This document shows, in pieces, positions 10,624-21,520 of a stretch of DNA of 64,000 nucleotides (the first letter of the stretch is position 1; every line of letters starts with the position of its first letter). The stretch is from positions 224,001-288,000 of the forward strand of contig CAWECG010000004.1 of the NCBI GenBank assembly GCA_963807605.1. Reading direction: 5' to 3'. Under the pieces are notes generated by a model. That model searched no databases. It was not told where the DNA came from and was given only the letters and a program-made list of their open reading frames with translations. Position numbers and translations under genes: made by a program. This DNA comes from Candidatus Bathyarchaeota archaeon. Its GTDB lineage: Archaea > Thermoproteota > Bathyarchaeia > 40CM-2-53-6 > RBG-13-38-9.

Positions 10624-12054
10624 ATGACTGGAAAGTCTGAGCAGCGGCCTGTCTCACGCTACGTTCAACGGCAGGAGGTCCGCAAGAGATCTCCATCAGA
10701 CCGGATAAAGGACTTTAAAGAGGTCTCATTTGGACTAAGCCAAGAGCAGGCCATTATCGAGGCCAGTCGTTGCCTCCAATGTCCAACCCCGACGTGTGTT
10801 CGATCATGCCCGGTTGGAATCGACATACCAGCATTCATCAAGCATATCAAGAATAGTGATTGCAAAGCCGCGGTTAGGGTTCTGCGAGACAGAAATAGCC
10901 TTCCTGAAGTCACTGGACGAGTCTGTCCGCAAGAGAGATTATGCGAAGCCGTCTGTGTCCTCGCGAAGAAAGGTGAACCTATCGCTATCGGAGCACTTGA
11001 GAGATTTGCGGCAGACTCCTCTGAAGACCTAGAATACACGGTTCAAAAATCGACTGGGAAGAAGGTTGCTGTTATCGGGTCTGGACCTGCAGGCCTGACA
11101 GTTGCCGCCGATCTTCAGAGACTCGGCCATCAGGTAACTATCTATGAGGCCCTTCATGAAGCTGGCGGAGTACTCACTTACGGCATACCATCATTCCGTC
11201 TGCCGAAAGAAATCACCAAGAAAGCAATCAATTACATCAAACATCTCGGCGTGAAAATAGAGAAGGATATTGTGATAGGAAAATCACTAACGATAGATGA
11301 TCTACTGAACTCTAACTACGATGCCATCTTTATTGGAAGCGGCGCAGGCTCACCAAAATTCCTGGGTATCCCTGGAGAAAATCTCAATGGGGTCTTCACC
11401 GCCAACGAGTTTCTAACCAGATGCAACCTAATGAGAGCCTACAAGTTCCCAGAATACGACACTCCAATCTTCGTTGGAGAAAGAGTTGCGGTGATTGGGG
11501 GCGGAAATGTGGTGATGGATTCAGCAAGAACTGCACTCAGACTTGGAGCAAGAAAAGTTCAGGCGGTCTATCGAAGGACAGAAAAGGAGATGCCAGCGAG
11601 GGTTGAGGAAGTTGAGAACACCAAGATCGAAGGCGTGGAATTCCTGACTCTTACGAGCCCAGTCGAGATCGTAGGCGATGAAGCAGATCGTGTCAAAGGG
11701 CTCGAATGTGTTAGAATGGAGCTCGGTGAGCCTGACAAATCTGGAAGAAGGAGGCCTTTGGAAATGAAGGGGTCAAACTTCACACTAGACTTGGATATGG
11801 TCATCATCGCCATTGGTCAAGGGCCGAATCCTATCATTCGTAATACAACACCCAATCTCAAGGTGGACGAAGATGGATACGTAATCGTCGACGGTCGCGG
11901 AAGAACCTCCCACCCTAAGATCTGGGCTGCTGGAGATATCGTGCCCAATTCTGACACCGTGATTGAGGCTATGGGCGGTGGAAGAAAGGTAGCGAGGGAC
12001 ATCAACTTGTTCTTGACAAGTACAGAAGTCGAGGCTGCGGCGTGGACAGATTAG
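10624..12054 (+). CDS. nfnB: NfnB/SudA (GltD-like) flavo-iron-sulfur subunit
   Basis: RCLQC..PTC...CP, GRVCPQE..CE..C, GSGPAGL and GGGNV.MD motifs. Paired with nfnA. Confidence 0.88.
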   Translation: MTGKSEQRPVSRYVQRQEVRKRSPSDRIKDFKEVSFGLSQEQAIIEASRCLQCPTPTCVRSCPVGIDIPAFIKHIKNSDCKAAVRVLRDRNSLPEVTGRVCPQERLCEAVCVLAKKGEPIAIGALERFAADSSEDLEYTVQKSTGKKVAVIGSGPAGLTVAADLQRLGHQVTIYEALHEAGGVLTYGIPSFRLPKEITKKAINYIKHLGVKIEKDIVIGKSLTIDDLLNSNYDAIFIGSGAGSPKFLGIPGENLNGVFTANEFLTRCNLMRAYKFPEYDTPIFVGERVAVIGGGNVVMDSARTALRLGARKVQAVYRRTEKEMPARVEEVENTKIEGVEFLTLTSPVEIVGDEADRVKGLECVRMELGEPDKSGRRRPLEMKGSNFTLDLDMVIIAIGQGPNPIIRNTTPNLKVDEDGYVIVDGRGRTSHPKIWAAGDIVPNSDTVIEAMGGGRKVARDINLFLTSTEVEAAAWTD

Positions 12055-12148
12055 TCAATGTGCATATTCATCAAGTGAGAACCTACGCGCCCGCGTCATC
12101 ACCTATGGGGAAAGCAGGTATTGCTAGCCCCTTTCTCCGAAATCCTGG

Positions 12149-12162
12149 TTGACAAATGTCAA
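12149..12162. promoter_or_regulatory. Palindrome TTGACA-AA-TGTCAA, possible regulator binding site
   Basis: Perfect 6-bp inverted repeat in the intergenic region upstream of the glutamate-synthase-like gene. Confidence 0.3.
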
Positions 12163-12381
12163 TCTGTTTTGCTGTTGCCATAGAAGTATAAATTGTGCGC
12201 CTAGATCTGTGCAGGAGCGTCACTATTTTAGCTGTTTTGTATCATATGTGCTGAAAGACTAGCGCCTTTAATGTCATTATAATACATATAATTCTTTACT
12301 ATACTTACGTTCAATTTGGAGACCCTGATAGAACGAGTATTCAGATTCGACAAAATGATGAATAGGAAAGGTTGATGTGTA

Positions 12382-13988
12382 TTGGTAGAACGTGTACAAA
12401 GAAATTCGGCATACCTCGACGGTAAGTCGACATCCGGAACCTCAACTAGAGTAAGAGACACAAACTGCACTAGTGGTATGTGTCCTATATGCATTAGAGA
12501 GTGTCAAAGTCTATGCGAAATTAGTCTCGCAGCGTTCAGGGGGAGGGAGGCTCTCTACCCTGATCCCCAGCAGTACGGGAAAAGTACCGCCAGCGCACTC
12601 AAAGATTATGGTCTTGACTGGTCGTATTTCAACATCCAGTCGTCACTTCTTGGAGCTGATGGGATAGAAGCAGACTCAGACCAAGCAGTCTTTCCGAATG
12701 TAGATATCGAGACAAGCGTAGGCGGGATTCCGCTAAAGATCCCCGTGTTGATCGGCGCATACGGATCAACAGATGTTGCAAGAGTCAACTGGCAAGGTCT
12801 TGCCAAAGGCGCAGCCCTAGCAGGGATAGTTATAACAATAGGCGAAAACGTCTGTGGCATGGATCCTGAGACAAGACTCACCAACGGAAAGGTAACCTTC
12901 TCAAAAGAATTATCGTCCAGAATTAAAGCCTTCAGAGAGTTCTGGGACGGCAAAAATGGAGAGGTGGCTGTCCAGACCAATGTTGAAGATCAGAGGCTCG
13001 GTGTAGGCACCTACGCCCTTTCTAAGCTTGAAGTAAACGTGATAGAGACGAAATGGGGACAAGGAGCCAAAGCGATCGGAGGAGAAGTAAGAGTCAACAA
13101 CCTAGAGAAGGCTCTAATGCTCAAGAAGAGAGGATATTTCGTAATCCCTGATCCAGAGGACAAAGCCGTTCAAGAAGCCTTCAAAACGGTGTCTTCACAA
13201 CATTCGAGAGACACAGCAGAGTTGGCATGCCAAGCGAAGAGGGCTTTCTCGAAGACATTGACCAGTTAAGAGAACAAGGTGCAAAATATGTCACACTCAA
13301 AACCGGTGCGTACAGAGCCTCTGCTGTCGCTTTGACGATGAAGCTGGCGTCAGCTGCCAAAATCGATTACGTGACATTCGACGGAGCAGGTGGAGGAACA
13401 GGTATGAGCCCAGTACCCATGATGGATGAGATGAACACCCCCACAGTGTACCTAGAGACTCAAGTCCTAAAATGCGCCGAGATACTGAGAAGTAAAGGGC
13501 GACATGTCCCCGACATTGTGATGGCAGGCGGATTCATAGACGAGAGTCAGACGTTCAAGGCAATCGCGATGAGCAACTTTGGTAACGGGCCGTACGTAAA
13601 AGCAGTCCTTTTCGGTCGCTCACCTTTGACCGCGGTGATGAAGGCCTCATACTTCCTAGAGCTTAACTCGAAAGGCAGTCTTCCCAAGAGTTTTGTCGAT
13701 CGGTACAGCAAGACTCCTGAGAACTTCTTCTACTGTGCGAGCGAGCTTAAGGCAAAGTACGGAGAGAGATTCAAAGACATACCTTGGGAGGCTGTGGGAC
13801 TCTACAGTTACTTGCACGACAGAGTGAGGGTAGGCCTTCAACAACTCATGGCCGGAGCACGCAAATGGAAACTCGGCCTCCTGTCAAGATCCGACCTGAT
13901 TGCCTTAACTGAAAGAGCCTCCAAAGTCACTGGGATACCAACACCTGAACAATCAGAAGTAAACCTGATCGACGAAATACTGTCATGA
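12382..13988 (+). CDS. FMN-binding glutamate synthase family protein, frameshifted at the A4 run 13183-13186
   Basis: N-terminal Cys cluster (GMCPICIRECQSLCEI) and KWGQGAKAIGGE. The second frame carries FERHSRVG, LKTGAY and DGAGGGTGMSP. Confidence 0.8.
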
Positions 13989-14085
13989 TCTCACGCCAAT
14001 AGCGCGGGTTAGAAGCTTCCAACAATATTTTTAGACTCTTCACAGCCTCTTCTCCAACTATCAAGTTTGAAGTGGATGGGGTATT

Positions 14086-15045
14086 TTGGAAGCTGCAATG
14101 TGGGTTGAGAAGTACAGGCCGCGCGTACTCGGTCAAATAAGGAATCAAGAGGAGATAATGGAGCGGCTTAAGAGATTCGTGAAAGCGCAATCCATGCCTC
14201 ACTGCCTCTTCGCCGGGCCACCAGGAACCGGCAAGACCACTGCTTCACTATGTCTGGCTCATGAATTATTCGGCGAGAGGTACATGGATGCTTACATGGA
14301 ATTGAACGCCAGCGATGCACGCGGCATAGATGTGGTAAGGACCACAGTGAAGGATTTCGCCAGAATATCAACCATCACTAGGGTGCCCTTCAAACTTCTA
14401 GTTCTAGATGAAGCAGACAATATGACCTCTGACGCACAGCAGGCATTACGTCGAACAATGGAGAGATACGCAGAAAGCTGTCGCTTCATCTTATCGTGCA
14501 ACTACTCAGGAAAGATAATCGAACCTATTCAATCCAGGTGTGCACTTTTCAGATTCACAAGACTCAAGGAAGAAGATGTCTTAGCGCATCTCCAAGAAAT
14601 CGGGAAGCAGGAACATGTCAACTCCGATCTTTCAGGGTTGAAGGCAATAGTCTCTGCCAGCGAAGGCGATATGAGACGTGCGATAAATGTCTTTCAGGCA
14701 GCAGCATCATACGGTAAGAGTGTTGATGAGGAGTCAGTCTACAAAGTGCTTGGAAGGGCGAAACCTCAGGATGTCGCTGAAATCCTTTCGCTAGCTTTGA
14801 GTAACAAATTCATTGAGGCAAGGGACAAGCTTCGGACTATGTTGATAGAATATGGTATCTCAGGCCAAGACGTTCTGAAACAAATCCATTCGGAGATCTT
14901 CCGGATGGAGCTACCGGAGAAGGAAAGGATTGAAATTGCCGAAGCTTTGGGTGAGGTCGACTTCAGAGTATCTCAGGGGGCAGACGAAGAAGTCCAATTA
15001 AGTGCTTTACTGGCTAAAATCGTATCGACGCACCTAGGAAGATAG
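14086..15045 (+). CDS. rfcS: Replication factor C small subunit
   Basis: WVEKYRP, GPPGTGKT, ELNASDARG, DEAD and IQSRC motifs. Confidence 0.96.
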   Translation: MEAAMWVEKYRPRVLGQIRNQEEIMERLKRFVKAQSMPHCLFAGPPGTGKTTASLCLAHELFGERYMDAYMELNASDARGIDVVRTTVKDFARISTITRVPFKLLVLDEADNMTSDAQQALRRTMERYAESCRFILSCNYSGKIIEPIQSRCALFRFTRLKEEDVLAHLQEIGKQEHVNSDLSGLKAIVSASEGDMRRAINVFQAAASYGKSVDEESVYKVLGRAKPQDVAEILSLALSNKFIEARDKLRTMLIEYGISGQDVLKQIHSEIFRMELPEKERIEIAEALGEVDFRVSQGADEEVQLSALLAKIVSTHLGR

Positions 15046-15054
15046 TGTAGAATT

Positions 15055-16314
15055 TTGCACGTAACTTGGACACAGAAATATAGGCCACGCCATCTTAGCG
15101 AGATTGCGGGGAACAAAGAGGCTATCCTAACACTCAGAGAGTGGCTTGCCTCTTGGAGCAGATCGCCACCAAAGAAGAAGGCAGCACTCCTATGCGGCCC
15201 AGCCGGGACTGGAAAGACCGTGACAGTCGAGGCTGCCTCGAGGGATCTCAACTTCGATTTGGTCGAGATGAATGCAAGTGATCAGCGCACAACCGCTTTA
15301 ATAGAGAAAATCGTTGGAACCGCAGTAGAACAAAGCACACTGACCGCAGGTAAGAGGTTAATACTGCTTGATGAGGTCGACGGAATAGACCCAAGCGCAG
15401 ATCGAGGCGCAGTAGCCGCGATGTCTTCCACAATAGAACGCACGAAATGGCCTGTCATCCTGACGGCTAATGATCCATGGGATCCGAGACTAGCTCCTCT
15501 TCGCATTCTTTGCTTGACGATACAGTTCAAGCGCCTGGGATTAAGAGATACCATACCGTACCTCAAGAGAATCTGTGAAAAAGAAGGAATAGCGGTCGAG
15601 GAGAAGGCGCTGAGATTCATTGTCGAAAGAAATGAGGGAGACATGCGCTCGATCCTGAACGACATGCAGACACTTGCAACCGGAAGGAAGGAGCTTACCT
15701 ATGATGACGTCACATGGCTAGGATGGCGGGATCGAAAAGATAGCATTTTCGACGTGTTAGCTACAATCTTCAACGCAAAAACCTGCCTGTGGGCACGGAA
15801 GGCTATCGATCTTGCAGATGTGGATTACGAGATGCTTTTCGAGTGGATATATGAGAACGCTCCTACCCAGCTCGCAGATCCTAAAGATAGAGCGAAAGCT
15901 CTAGAAGTTCTGGCGCAAGCTGACCTCTACATGGCAAGAATCCGAAAGACCCAAGACTGGAGCCTGCTCGTATACGCCCTCGATCTGATGACCGCAGGGG
16001 TCGCCATGTCTAGGGAACAGACGAAACCAGGATGGATCAAGATGAGGTTCCCAGAGCGGATCAAACTCCTGAGCAGGCTAAGAAGGCACAGGGCATTAAG
16101 AACGTCAATCGGCAGGAAGATCGCATCCAAATGTCACATATCCACTGCCGGAGCTATTCGATACTACGTGCCATACGTCAAGCAGTTACTTGAAGGCGAT
16201 CCAGAATCCGCAGAGGCAATATCTACCTGGCTTGAGCTTGACGAGGATATGAAAGAATACCTTTCAGACGGGCCAACGGCGACTAAGAAATCAGTTACAC
16301 AAACCAATCCGTAA
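15055..16314 (+). CDS. rfcL: Replication factor C large subunit
   Basis: WTQKYRP, GPAGTGKT, EMNASD and DEVDG motifs. Adjacent to rfcS. Confidence 0.95.
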   Translation: MHVTWTQKYRPRHLSEIAGNKEAILTLREWLASWSRSPPKKKAALLCGPAGTGKTVTVEAASRDLNFDLVEMNASDQRTTALIEKIVGTAVEQSTLTAGKRLILLDEVDGIDPSADRGAVAAMSSTIERTKWPVILTANDPWDPRLAPLRILCLTIQFKRLGLRDTIPYLKRICEKEGIAVEEKALRFIVERNEGDMRSILNDMQTLATGRKELTYDDVTWLGWRDRKDSIFDVLATIFNAKTCLWARKAIDLADVDYEMLFEWIYENAPTQLADPKDRAKALEVLAQADLYMARIRKTQDWSLLVYALDLMTAGVAMSREQTKPGWIKMRFPERIKLLSRLRRHRALRTSIGRKIASKCHISTAGAIRYYVPYVKQLLEGDPESAEAISTWLELDEDMKEYLSDGPTATKKSVTQTNP

Positions 16315-16549
16315 CCCTCGCACCCCATTGTTATAAGAATTAACCACCATCGCCATTGTGTAACTCGTTCTTCGATTAAATTCTAAGTCATGTGAGAAAT
16401 GGTAGGCCGGACTATGTTCCTTCTTAGTTCACCGACTAATGATTCTGCGATCTTACGCGTATCGAAGGGCTTCTTTCTGTTATGAAACGTCGGCTCTAAC
16501 AATCTGAAAAGACGACGGATTGATTCTGAGGATACCGAATGCCAAGATC

Positions 16550-17044
16550 TCATCGGGACCATTTGGAAGATTTGCGAAATAGCTCTTCAATGCCAAGGCC
16601 AGGAAGTGATCCTCTGTAGATCTTACGGAAAAGTTTCAGACCATCTTCTTTTGAAATCATGCATGATCTGGACGCCTTGATAATTACTGAAGGAATCCCT
16701 TCTGTGCTTATTTCGAGAAGCCTGGCGAGCGTATCGACTTCTCTATCATTCGTCACAACCGGCTCGGCATCGTATTGGAGGGCGAGGGCAACGCATGATT
16801 CTTCATGTGGCGACAATCTTATTCCGCTTCTTGACTCGATTCTGTCTACGCGCATGAAGGAGTCCGTATCGGCATCAATTAGCGTAAGCCAGCCGTCGGT
16901 TAATGCGTTGTCGAGTGAGTTACTTGGAATTTCTTGTATGATTGATGTAGGCAGAATTACTTCGTTGTAGGCGCCCTTTAGAAGATGAAGGGCATTATGC
17001 TTCAGGAGCGGTATCAGGATAGTTGGGTCTGTTGTTGCCGTCAT
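16550..17044 (-). CDS. PIN-domain (DUF3368-like/VapC) toxin
   Basis: MTATTDPTILI...IIQE...HEES..ALA...VVTND acidic PIN pattern. Likely start is ATG 17044, overlapping the upstream antitoxin. Confidence 0.75.
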   Translation of the reverse strand: MTATTDPTILIPLLKHNALHLLKGAYNEVILPTSIIQEIPSNSLDNALTDGWLTLIDADTDSFMRVDRIESRSGIRLSPHEESCVALALQYDAEPVVTNDREVDTLARLLEISTEGIPSVIIKASRSCMISKEDGLKLFRKIYRGSLPGLGIEELFRKSSKWSR

Positions 17045-17336
17045 TCTCAATCGACTCCTTGACCAAGAGGTCAAGGTTGTAGCGAGGGGTGATCCCTTTC
17101 TTTCGCATCTCTTCAAGAAGTTCGGCCAGACTTACCGCAGCCATCTCAGCGGCGCGTCCCACAGAGATGGATCCTCTTTCATACTGCTCGAGCGCGAAGC
17201 GAATCCTGAGCTCTCTCGCGCCCAGCTTGATCGATTCGACTAGGAGTGCTGACCTATTCACTCTCTTCACGCGTGCCAGTTCGTCTATGCTTCTTAAGAG
17301 TTCGCTGGGAATACTGAAGGAAATACGTGATCTCAA
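16995..17336 (-). CDS. RHH + UPF0175-family antitoxin
   Basis: RISFSIPSELLRSIDELA...NRSALL (RHH) followed by YERGSISVGRAAEMA (UPF0175). Confidence 0.8.
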   Translation of the reverse strand: MRSRISFSIPSELLRSIDELARVKRVNRSALLVESIKLGARELRIRFALEQYERGSISVGRAAEMAAVSLAELLEEMRKKGITPRYNLDLLVKESIENDGNNRPNYPDTAPEA

Positions 17337-17429
17337 ATCGACTACCGCCCGAGGTCATATCTCCTCAATATCTAAGAAGATTCCTGTTAGTAAGTTTTCG
17401 AGAAGGAATTTCTCCTAAATGGCGTTTGC

Positions 17430-18173
17430 TTATTCCTCAAGTCTGAGTGTGGCCACAATTTCCTGAAATCTCTCCTCTGATGGGTCTTTCTTGTATTCCC
17501 TAAGCCTTTCCTTGAAGCATTCCAGGGGAATCGGTTCGTCAGTAAGTCGAGAATTGTTCAGGATCTCTCTCTTCACAAACAGGAATTGGCATATAGCGGT
17601 CAGATTCTTTGCTCGCCTGGTTCTACTTGCAGATTCAAAGTCGATTATGGTGGGACTTCTATCTAACCCTCTGAAGATTACGTGTTCGGATGCATTATGC
17701 AGTTCTCCATGATCGAGGCAGATCTTGTCCATCAAGTGGCATTGTGTCAGCAATGATCTAATCGTTGGCTTGGCTCTCTTCACCTCACCAGTTCCGGCTC
17801 TATCTAGCCAATCTGCAAACAGCGGCCCATCCGCGTACTCCATCACCATCAGGTTCTCTGAATATGCCCGGAGCTTGGGTCCGATCCCAAGACTGTTTGC
17901 TATTATCAGCATCTCTGCTTCATGGAACATGTCTGTTCGGTTCGCATCCGTTCTTCTGATCTTAAGTACGGCTAATCCTGAATCGATCTCAACGAGGACG
18001 ACTACACTAACGCATCCCTTGTTGATGATGGGGTACCCGTTAAGCTTCTTTTCTCCTCTTAACAGAACCTTCTCAATGCCTATGGTTTCTAGCTCTCTCA
18101 GTCTCTTCTGTCTCTGCTCCTCACTCGGTCTTGGGTAACAGATGATCTCATCTGGCATCTCTAGGGTGTTCAA
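17430..18173 (-). CDS. RIO/Bud32-like Ser/Thr protein kinase
   Basis: KGCVSVV, AVLKIRR, VMEYADG, HGELHNASEHV and IIDFESAS motifs. Confidence 0.8.
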   Translation of the reverse strand: MNTLEMPDEIICYPRPSEEQRQKRLRELETIGIEKVLLRGEKKLNGYPIINKGCVSVVVLVEIDSGLAVLKIRRTDANRTDMFHEAEMLIIANSLGIGPKLRAYSENLMVMEYADGPLFADWLDRAGTGEVKRAKPTIRSLLTQCHLMDKICLDHGELHNASEHVIFRGLDRSPTIIDFESASRTRRAKNLTAICQFLFVKREILNNSRLTDEPIPLECFKERLREYKKDPSEERFQEIVATLRLEE

Positions 18174-18211
18174 ATCAGACGCATCCCTGAAATGAGATCT
18201 TAGCCGCCAAT

Positions 18212-19636
18212 CTATCGTAGCCAGTGATTTCTTCCCTTGAGGTACGATCCGATGAACTGTGGAAATCCTCTAATCTCCAGGAATTTCTCAAGTTGACGAT
18301 CGACTAGCAGCTCGCACTTTTCTTTCTTTATTCTATCAGCGATCAAACCTGAGACGCCTATGCTACGACCCCCGTCGGCAAGGGATTTCTTGAGCAGTTG
18401 GATAGAGTCAGTGTATTTCCGGGTCTTGGCGGTTACCCATCTATCTTTCTCGATCCACGGTCCTGAAAGGGTGTCCCTGGATCTCAAATGTGCTGAGACG
18501 AATCTATCGGACTCCATCATCCTCTCCACAGGCGGGCCCGAGTGTTTGATCGTCTTGGGTAGGAATCGGCTCTCCAACTCAACCATTATGATGTTGAAGT
18601 CATTTTCATCACTGAATGAGGATGATCTGATAATCGAGAATCCTTTGCCCCGTAGCAAATTGGTTATGCTCCTCTCCGTCTTGAAGATTTGACTCCATAG
18701 GACATCCACAGGGGCTTCTATTTTCCCGAATTGAAGGCCAATCAAACTCGTTCCTCTTTGAGAGAGGGCTCTGGAAAATTCCTTGCTTTTGATTCCTTTA
18801 GCCTTTTGAGGGTAGAAAAATCGGAGGTCAGGTCGACATAGGAAAAGCCTTGCAACAGATACGAATTCCCATAGTCGCTCATGCCTTACTGCTGCTGCGA
18901 CATTTCGGTTCTCGTCGACGGGATCGATTACTATCAAGGGTTGATCAAAGAGATCATAGACTTCTTCAAGGTCACCGCCAAAGAAGTCCTCAAGATCTAT
19001 GACGATTCTATCCTTCCATTTCGCGGCGGCTTGGAGAGTTCTTTCCATGGTGCCGTAATATAGAGTAAGAGTTTCGCAAAGCATACCGCTGAAACCTCCA
19101 ACTCGAATCTCAGCTCCATAGGTCCCGTTTGCTTTCATCAGTTTCTTAAGGAGCCTGACTTCGTTTTTCAATCCGGAGTCGAGGTGTTCCTTCATATATT
19201 TCGTGTGGTAAGGCGTTCTGTCTGTCGCGCTTTTCCACATCCCTTTTTTCACATTGTAGCATGGGACTATGTTTACTCTCAAACCTTCAATGAAGGTCTC
19301 GATATAAGGGTGTTCGGCAAAGCGTTCGATTATTCTTGTTTTGTGTCCTTTGATGGCATCCTTCGCAACTGTGAGGCAGGTAGTTTCGAGTTCCTTTCAA
19401 TCGAGGGTACTATCTACTTTGAGGAATATGTCGATATCCGCTTCACCTGAGAGCCAGGTATCTTTTGCAACGGAACCCTCTAGGCTGACCTCAGCCTTTA
19501 GTGAACTCTTACGGGCTGCTGAGGTAACTTCTTGAATAATTGTTTCCGAAAGTTCCTGTGCCCTTCTTCTTTCCTTATCTTTGGGCACGATTCCCTTCAG
19601 TACTTCTCTTTGGATTCGAACGGTATCTGGATTCAA
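18212..19636 (-). CDS. cca: Archaeal class I CCA-adding enzyme, with an in-frame TGA at 19397-19399
   Basis: EGSVAKDTWLSGEADIDIF is followed, after the TGA and in the same frame, by FAEHPY, VNIVPCY, SATDRTPYH and GGFSG. Confidence 0.88.
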
Positions 19637-20196
19637 GCCTTTACCTCAAGTATTGTAGAATAGATTGGCCCTTTTGGAGTGAGGACACTTTTCTTAAGTG
19701 TGACAGATTCAGTTCTCATTGAGCCAAAATCCTTCTCGCCTAATTCGCTTAGCAGTCTCGCGATCTGATGCTTATTTCGACTTGTCCTTACTCGCGCAAT
19801 GGTGAGGTGTGCACTAAATCCCTTACTGTCTTTGGGGATGCCGATCTCACTTAAGCGCGGTTCCAATGCTTCTGCGATTGCTTCCAGTTCCTCTGCTCCC
19901 TTTCTTATGGCTATCCATATCACATTCATATGTGTCAAGCTCGGAAATGCTCCAACACCTTTGAACTGAATCTCAAACTGCTGAAAGTTCAATTGTTTCA
20001 TTGATTCAACAACCTTCGGGACCACTTCTTCTTCGTCGACTTCGCCCAAAAAGCGCAAAGTCAAATGTATGTTCTCAGGACTAACAAGTTTGAGATCCGC
20101 TCCTTCATCCAGGAGCCTCCTTTGAAAGCCAACAATCTCCTTCTTCAGTTTCTCTTCGTCAATGTCGACCGCTATGAAGGTCCTGATTTTTCCCAA
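19633..20196 (-). CDS. thpR: RNA 2',3'-cyclic phosphodiesterase (2H family)
   Basis: RTFIAV, two HLT motifs (HLTL, HLTI) and SVLTPKGPIY. Confidence 0.92.
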   Translation of the reverse strand: MGKIRTFIAVDIDEEKLKKEIVGFQRRLLDEGADLKLVSPENIHLTLRFLGEVDEEEVVPKVVESMKQLNFQQFEIQFKGVGAFPSLTHMNVIWIAIRKGAEELEAIAEALEPRLSEIGIPKDSKGFSAHLTIARVRTSRNKHQIARLLSELGEKDFGSMRTESVTLKKSVLTPKGPIYSTILEVKA

Positions 20197-20285
20197 GTCA
20201 TCTCACTAAAGTAAGTAGCACCCAAACAATTTAAGCGTGGGTATCCTATCGACTGGTAATTTAGTCGTAGAGACTGTGATTACCT

Positions 20286-20837
20286 TTGGACAGTACGAAG
20301 ACTGTCATTGCAATAACTGGCATGCCGGGCTCCGGTAAAGCTCTGGCTTCGAGTTTAGCAGAAGAATACAACATTCCAGTCTTCATATGTGGTGATGTAG
20401 TGAGAGAAGAAGCCTCTGCAATGAAGATTCCCGCGACCCCAGAAAATCTGGGAAGCTTAATGCTGAAAATGAGAGCACAATATGGTGCAGATATCATAGC
20501 TAGGAGATTGATTACCAAGATCAACTCTCCTCTATCAAAAACAATCGTAATCGAAGGTCTTAGAAGTCTGGACGAAGTTGAGCTGCTCAGAGAGAAGTTT
20601 GATGTCAAACTTCTAGCCATTTATTCTCCGCCAGTGCAGAGGTTCCAGCGCTTGGTTCGAAGAGGGAGGAGTGATGATCCCAAAACCCTAAAGGAATTCA
20701 ATGAAAGAGATCATCGTGAACTCGTGGTGGGAGTCGGTTCCGTCATAGCGTTGGCGGACAAGCTAATAGTCAACGAGTCGACACTCGAAGCTTTCAAGCT
20801 GAAGTTGACTCGATTCTATGAGGAAACAGCTCTGTGA
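20286..20837 (+). CDS. UPF0200 P-loop nucleotide kinase (dephospho-CoA-kinase-like)
   Basis: ITGMPGSGK, GDVVREE, IEGLRS..E and RGRSDD...RD.RE motifs. Confidence 0.8.
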   Translation: MDSTKTVIAITGMPGSGKALASSLAEEYNIPVFICGDVVREEASAMKIPATPENLGSLMLKMRAQYGADIIARRLITKINSPLSKTIVIEGLRSLDEVELLREKFDVKLLAIYSPPVQRFQRLVRRGRSDDPKTLKEFNERDHRELVVGVGSVIALADKLIVNESTLEAFKLKLTRFYEETAL

Positions 20838-21253
20838 ATAACGTTCATTTTACTATTCAAGCTGAAGTCCATCCGACGGAAGATGAATCTAAAGTCAAGC
20901 ATGCCATCATGACTCTTTTCCCATCTGTTGAATTGAAGCGCATTCCTGATTCTGACGGACGTTTAGCATTGATAGGAGAAGCTGCAGGGCTCGAGGGTTT
21001 GACGGAGTTCCGAAGCCTCCTAAGAAGAGAGAGAATAAGAGCAGCTGCCAAGTCACTGATGTTTTCATCGGCATTAGATCACCGCCTTATCGTATATCTA
21101 AACAAACAGGCTGCGTATGCAGGTCACGTCTCATTTGCGACAAACCATGGAGAATCGCCTTTGGGACCGATAACATTACAGTTAGAGTGCTCCGACCCTC
21201 GATCGGTAATTGAATGGCTTGTTCAATCAGACAGGCTGATTCAAAATCGCTGA
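20834..21253 (+). CDS. UPF0201/DUF54 putative RNA-binding protein
   Basis: VHPTEDESKVK.A..LFP, LNKQAAY.G.VSF and PLGPI motifs. Overlaps the upstream kinase (GTGA). Confidence 0.85.
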   Translation: MNNVHFTIQAEVHPTEDESKVKHAIMTLFPSVELKRIPDSDGRLALIGEAAGLEGLTEFRSLLRRERIRAAAKSLMFSSALDHRLIVYLNKQAAYAGHVSFATNHGESPLGPITLQLECSDPRSVIEWLVQSDRLIQNR

Positions 21254-21520
21254 ACAATTCTTGATTTAGAGATCTTCCGGAGTGCGTAGGTGATACTGTA
21301 ATGTTGCAGTTCACCATATTCTCCATACGCTTATCGGTCAGTCTTTGCGAATACTCATAACAATAGCCTCTTCTGATATCGAGAATTTTGAAGTAGTGGA
21401 TGATTGATAGGTTGAATGGATCTCGCGTCTGAAGCCTGAGGCGACTTGAGGAAAGCTAGACGTTAACGCGCGCCAAGCATCAGTGACACGATCGAGAGCT
21501 ATCTAAGAGCTAGGGTCACA

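Noticed and set aside
4164-16314. Inteins in Hel308, MCM or RFC
   Set aside because: Protein lengths and motif spacing are normal and no insertion is seen.
19397-19399. Selenocysteine in the CCA enzyme, prompted by the nearby yqeB
   Set aside because: It is not a Cys-equivalent or catalytic position, no SECIS was recognised, and YqeB relates to a labile Se cofactor rather than Sec.
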